Source of the DNA: Patescibacteria group bacterium
Lineage (GTDB): Bacteria > Patescibacteriota > Patescibacteriia > Patescibacteriales > UBA12075
DNA length: 36,575 bases
Assembly (NCBI GenBank): GCA_034659435.1
Contig: JAYEHJ010000087.1
Span: forward strand, 1 to 36,575
Direction: 5' to 3'
The notes below the pieces were generated by a model. It was given only the letters and a program-made list of their open reading frames with translations, ran no database searches and had not been told where the DNA came from. Shown here in pieces: positions 32,757 through 36,575 of this stretch. Position 1 is the stretch's first letter. Each line of letters opens with the position of its first letter. The position numbers and the translations under genes are program-made.

Positions 32757-35213
32757 CTAATTCAAAATACCTTCAAATTGCCGCCTAACAGTATTTTTTA
32801 CGTTTTCATCTTGCAATACATTAAGTAATGATTGGACTCCAATTTTTGCGTTTTCAATTTCGTTAATTTTTTGATACAAAACAGTAAGACTATAAAGCGC
32901 GTTGGCGTGATTAGGATTATTTTTAACAATGCTTAAAAATAATTGTTCCGCGGATATTATATCAGCGTTTTTACTGACCGTATTGCCGGTTGCCTGAGTC
33001 GGTTTTACGCTCAATTGTTCTCCAGAAGAGGACGCGATTTCAGGGTTAATGTCATGCTCGGCTATCTGTTCCGGAACGATTTGATCTAGGTTTGGCTGGG
33101 CAACCCCCCTGTTAAAATAAAGACGGCCTAATTCAAAACGATAATCAAGATTATTTCGTGAAACCAAATTAGCTTGCTTAAGATTTTCAATAGCATTGTC
33201 AATATCAGCCATTTTTTCATAAGCGATTGCTTTTCCGTAATACGCGACGGCTAAATCGCCTTTTTTTTGGATTGCTTTATCATATTTTTTAATTGCCTCG
33301 CCAATATAATATTTTTTTTCTTCATCATCCAACTCCGCGTTTGCCCTGGCCATATTAATTAAAGCGATTCGCAAATATGGTGTTGGATTTTTAGGGTCAA
33401 GTTTAATAACTTCTTCGTATGACTGTTCTGATAATGTTAGAGCCTCCCTCATAAAAAAGGATGTGTTTTCATAAATTAACGCTAAAGATTCATTGTTTGC
33501 CGCTTTATTTTTAGCTAAATCAACCGCGCTTTTACTATGTTCAATCGCTTGGCTCAAATTAGCGCTTACCTCCGGCTGATTACTTTCGCTTAGCGCCAGC
33601 TGATTGGCTTTTGCCATATAAACGTCAGCCGCGTTTATGTAATAACTATCTTGATATGGAAACAAGCTTATGGCTTTGTTTAATTTTTCAATTTTTTTAT
33701 CAATATCCCCTGCTGCCATTGCCTCTTTAGCGTAAATATCAGCCATATACATTTTAAGCCCCATGGTAAAAAGAATTACCACGCCGGCGCTTACTGTTAA
33801 AAATATGGCGGCCAAAGCCAATGCGTATTTTGGGGAGGCTCTGAATGACAATTTTAAATCTTTGAATCTTTCCGGGTACATTACTATGGCCGATGATATC
33901 GCGAAAATTGAAATTAATACTGTTAATAAAATCAATGAATTATTTTGCGCGAATAGCAAGCTAAAAAGAACTGCTGAAATAAAACTTGCAAAAAGCGCCA
34001 AAAGAATTGATACATTTTTTTTATCTTTTGTTTTTATTATAGATAAAAAGATAATTGACAAAGAAACAAGAAACAAGATTATAATTGATAAAGCTCCGAG
34101 CGAGCCGACAGTGGCTAAAAATTCAAATAAAGACCCTGAAGAACTGTCAAAACGGACATTCCAAAGCGGAGATGAATTAAAATCATTGCTTTTGAATTTG
34201 GAAAAGCTATAATAAAAAGTCGCGGGACCGGAACCGAGTATCGGGTTTTCTTTTAAGCCGGCCTTTGCAATATCCCAAGAAGCGTTTCTGGAAAGACTGA
34301 CTTCCGCGGGTAAATTCATTTGGGTAAAATTAAAATTTCCCAAAACCAATAATATTACTAAAATTAAAAATATTCCCAAAGGAATTAATAAATTGTTATT
34401 GCTGATTTTTATTATTTTCGCCAAATAAAACATTAAAACTATAACCGCGCCAACAATCGCAATCGGCCAAAATGTAAAACCGCTTAAAAGGGATAAAATA
34501 ACAAAATTACCGATTATCACTAAGCCTAAAATAGATTTTATAATAATTATTAAGCTTGAGCCGGCTTTTGACAAAATTTCCCTAGTTTGAGCCATTGCGA
34601 CTGAAAGAATGGGCAAGGAAATAACTAAAAACATCGTAACAGCGGAAAGTGAGCCTAAAGGATTAAAACCGATATTTTTCGCGAAAGAAAAAGGAAGAAT
34701 ATACCAGCCTTTAAGCTGAAGCAGAATATATATTGTTAAAATACTGATAGAAGAAATAAATGTCCAAAAATATATTTTTATTTTTTTCGCGTTAAGATTA
34801 TTAATTACCAAATAATAAAACAAAATAAAAATTATTAAAGCAATAAGGCCTTTTGAAGAGTTTCCGTAAGATCCGATTAAACTGTCAATTCTGTTAACCG
34901 AAAGAATCGTTGATAAAATAAAAATTGCCAATGTTAATGCTATTGAGATATCCAATGGCGTTCGCTTTAAATTAAGTTCACCGCAGATAACCCCCTTGGT
35001 AACCCACGCGACTATGCCGATTAAAACCAAAAAATAAAACAAAATCATTTTTTCAAAACCTAAGCCTTGGGCGGCAAAACCCGTAAAAAATAATGGGGTA
35101 AGAAAGAACACTAACCCGATAACAAGCGAAATAATAATATCCAGCCCGCGAGTTGAAAAATGTTTTTCTTTCCCACTTTCCTTGACTGAATTTTTAATTT
35201 TTTTTTCTTCCAT
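32757..35213 (-). CDS. polytopic membrane protein (O-antigen ligase/Wzy-like) fused to C-terminal TPR repeats
   Basis: 818 aa. At least 10 TM helices in the first 480 or so aa, then repeated TPR-like A..Y..A...P helices. Confidence 0.65.
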   Translation of the reverse strand: MEEKKIKNSVKESGKEKHFSTRGLDIIISLVIGLVFFLTPLFFTGFAAQGLGFEKMILFYFLVLIGIVAWVTKGVICGELNLKRTPLDISIALTLAIFILSTILSVNRIDSLIGSYGNSSKGLIALIIFILFYYLVINNLNAKKIKIYFWTFISSISILTIYILLQLKGWYILPFSFAKNIGFNPLGSLSAVTMFLVISLPILSVAMAQTREILSKAGSSLIIIIKSILGLVIIGNFVILSLLSGFTFWPIAIVGAVIVLMFYLAKIIKISNNNLLIPLGIFLILVILLVLGNFNFTQMNLPAEVSLSRNASWDIAKAGLKENPILGSGPATFYYSFSKFKSNDFNSSPLWNVRFDSSSGSLFEFLATVGSLGALSIIILFLVSLSIIFLSIIKTKDKKNVSILLALFASFISAVLFSLLFAQNNSLILLTVLISIFAISSAIVMYPERFKDLKLSFRASPKYALALAAIFLTVSAGVVILFTMGLKMYMADIYAKEAMAAGDIDKKIEKLNKAISLFPYQDSYYINAADVYMAKANQLALSESNQPEVSANLSQAIEHSKSAVDLAKNKAANNESLALIYENTSFFMREALTLSEQSYEEVIKLDPKNPTPYLRIALINMARANAELDDEEKKYYIGEAIKKYDKAIQKKGDLAVAYYGKAIAYEKMADIDNAIENLKQANLVSRNNLDYRFELGRLYFNRGVAQPNLDQIVPEQIAEHDINPEIASSSGEQLSVKPTQATGNTVSKNADIISAEQLFLSIVKNNPNHANALYSLTVLYQKINEIENAKIGVQSLLNVLQDENVKNTVRRQFEGILN

Positions 35214-35220
35214 AGTTTTT

Positions 35221-35226
35221 ATTATA
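35221..35226 (-). promoter_or_regulatory. TATAAT box 7 nt upstream of the Wzy-like/TPR gene ATG
   Basis: The minus strand reads cagTATAATaaaaactATG. Confidence 0.35.
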
Positions 35227-35392
35227 CTGAAATGTATTAAAAATTGAAGTTTTTTAATAAATAATTTTATTTTTTTACTAATATTAAAGAATAAATAATT
35301 TAATATTTATTTACTACTTCAAATTCAAAAGTGTTTTAGTATAATTTATTTTATTAAAGTAATTATATATTAGCAAAAAGATAAAAAAAAGT

Positions 35393-36565
35393 CTAATTAT
35401 ATTTGTTGATATCCTCAAAAAAATCCAGATACTTTTTCGCGCATTTATCCCAAGAGTATTCTTCTTTAATATTGGCAAATTTTTCCAAAAAAATATTATT
35501 ATTTATTTTATTAAAACAATGCAATTCAATTGCCTTGGCAATTGATGAAATATCATACGGATTAATTAAAGTTGAGTAATCCCCAATAATTTCGCTCAAA
35601 CTGGAATTATTTGCCGTAATTACAGGACAGCCGCAAGCCAAAGCTTCAAGCGGCGGAAAGCCGAAACCTTCATAATAAGAAGAAAAAATAAATAACGATG
35701 CTAAATTATATAAATATTTTTTATCGTTTTTATCAATATATCCGATAAATTTGATATTATTTTTTTGCGCGGAATTTTTCCAAGTTTTAAAAATATTTTT
35801 ATTTTTCCAGCCGCTCCCGCCGGCGATTACAAGCTTATAATCCGTTTCCTTTGGATTTTTTTCTAAAAATACTTCAAAAGCCTTGATTGTATTTTCAATA
35901 TTTTTTCTTGGTTCAATCGTTCCTAAATATAAAATAAATTTATTAGGCAAATTATATTTTTGCTTAAAATCATAGTTATCTCTAATCAAATTTAATTCTT
36001 GCTCGCTTATTTTTCGCATATCATTTTCAATCCCTGAATAAATTACCTGAATTTTGTTTTCCGGAATATTAAATAGCTCAATTAAATCATTTTTAGTGTT
36101 ATGGCTTACGGCAATTATTTTATCGTATTTTTGCGGAATTTTTTTAATATTTATCATTTTATGCCACAAATTTTTTCTTAAAGAAAAAAACTCAGGATAT
36201 TTTACAAAAGACAAATCATGAATGGTTATTATTTTTTTAGGAGCATTAGTATAGTTATAAAAATTGAGATGCGGAGAAAAAAATAAATCAACCTTGCCTA
36301 AAAATTTATCCACTTTGGGAAATTTAAACAAATTTTGCATTATATGATTAAAAATTTTGTTTGGATAGCGAGTTTGTATAACTTTTACATCTGGATATTT
36401 AAAAAAATTAATTTTAAAATTTTTAGGCGCGAATGAATTAAAATATAAAATATATTCATTTTTTTTATCTTTTTCAATAATTTTTTTAATAAGATTATAG
36501 CTATACTCGGAAACTCCGCTAAAATATGCGTCCATTAAAGTTGAAATGTCAATTCCGATTTTCAT
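35393..36565 (-). CDS. glycosyltransferase family 4 (GT-B)
   Basis: C-terminal SYYEGFGFPPLEALACGCPVI (E-x7-E region) is typical of GT4. Confidence 0.85.
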   Translation of the reverse strand: MKIGIDISTLMDAYFSGVSEYSYNLIKKIIEKDKKNEYILYFNSFAPKNFKINFFKYPDVKVIQTRYPNKIFNHIMQNLFKFPKVDKFLGKVDLFFSPHLNFYNYTNAPKKIITIHDLSFVKYPEFFSLRKNLWHKMINIKKIPQKYDKIIAVSHNTKNDLIELFNIPENKIQVIYSGIENDMRKISEQELNLIRDNYDFKQKYNLPNKFILYLGTIEPRKNIENTIKAFEVFLEKNPKETDYKLVIAGGSGWKNKNIFKTWKNSAQKNNIKFIGYIDKNDKKYLYNLASLFIFSSYYEGFGFPPLEALACGCPVITANNSSLSEIIGDYSTLINPYDISSIAKAIELHCFNKINNNIFLEKFANIKEEYSWDKCAKKYLDFFEDINKYN

Positions 36566-36575
36566 AAAACATATT

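Overview
This is an AT-rich, tightly packed bacterial segment of housekeeping genes. By inference it resembles a reduced-genome Patescibacteria/CPR-type organism: almost no Shine-Dalgarno sites, type IV pilus genes and small compact operons. Content in order: pilB-pilC (minus strand); a cluster of unknown secreted/membrane proteins including a 35-cysteine repeat protein; rsmI-metG; cvpA; tsaC; tatD; a complete F1Fo ATP synthase operon (atpZ-B-E-F-H-A-G ... D-C); an AmmeMemoRadiSam-type radical SAM enzyme; a WecG/TagA-Nudix fusion; an AbrB/RelE toxin-antitoxin pair; gltX; an M23 peptidase; a Xer-type recombinase; then a minus-strand run of ftsQ, serS, an HD hydrolase, fic, lysS, a Wzy-like/TPR membrane protein and a GT4 glycosyltransferase. 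I found no rRNA, tRNA, CRISPR array or transposase gene. The unusual content is mostly non-coding. (1) Two related families of GC-rich hairpin units share TGTCAT...ATGACA termini. They occur as inverted doublets (REPIN/MITE-like) or as solo units with iterated termini, and one family shows compensatory base changes between copies. (2) A 66-nt GC-rich palindromic element sits in frame inside atpA. (3) A two-fold symmetric four-hairpin GC-rich element lies between atpA and atpG. (4) An antisense SD-bearing small membrane ORF plus a repeat doublet splits atpG from atpD. (5) Families of heptamer-periodic AT-rich hairpins sit at gene junctions. (6) TATAAT boxes lie 6-7 nt upstream of several start codons, suggesting leaderless mRNAs. 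Protein-level oddities are the Cys-rich repeat protein, a Fic protein with catalytic His replaced by Gln, a short ATP synthase delta subunit and the GT26-Nudix fusion. All homology calls come from motif recognition by eye; no database search was run.
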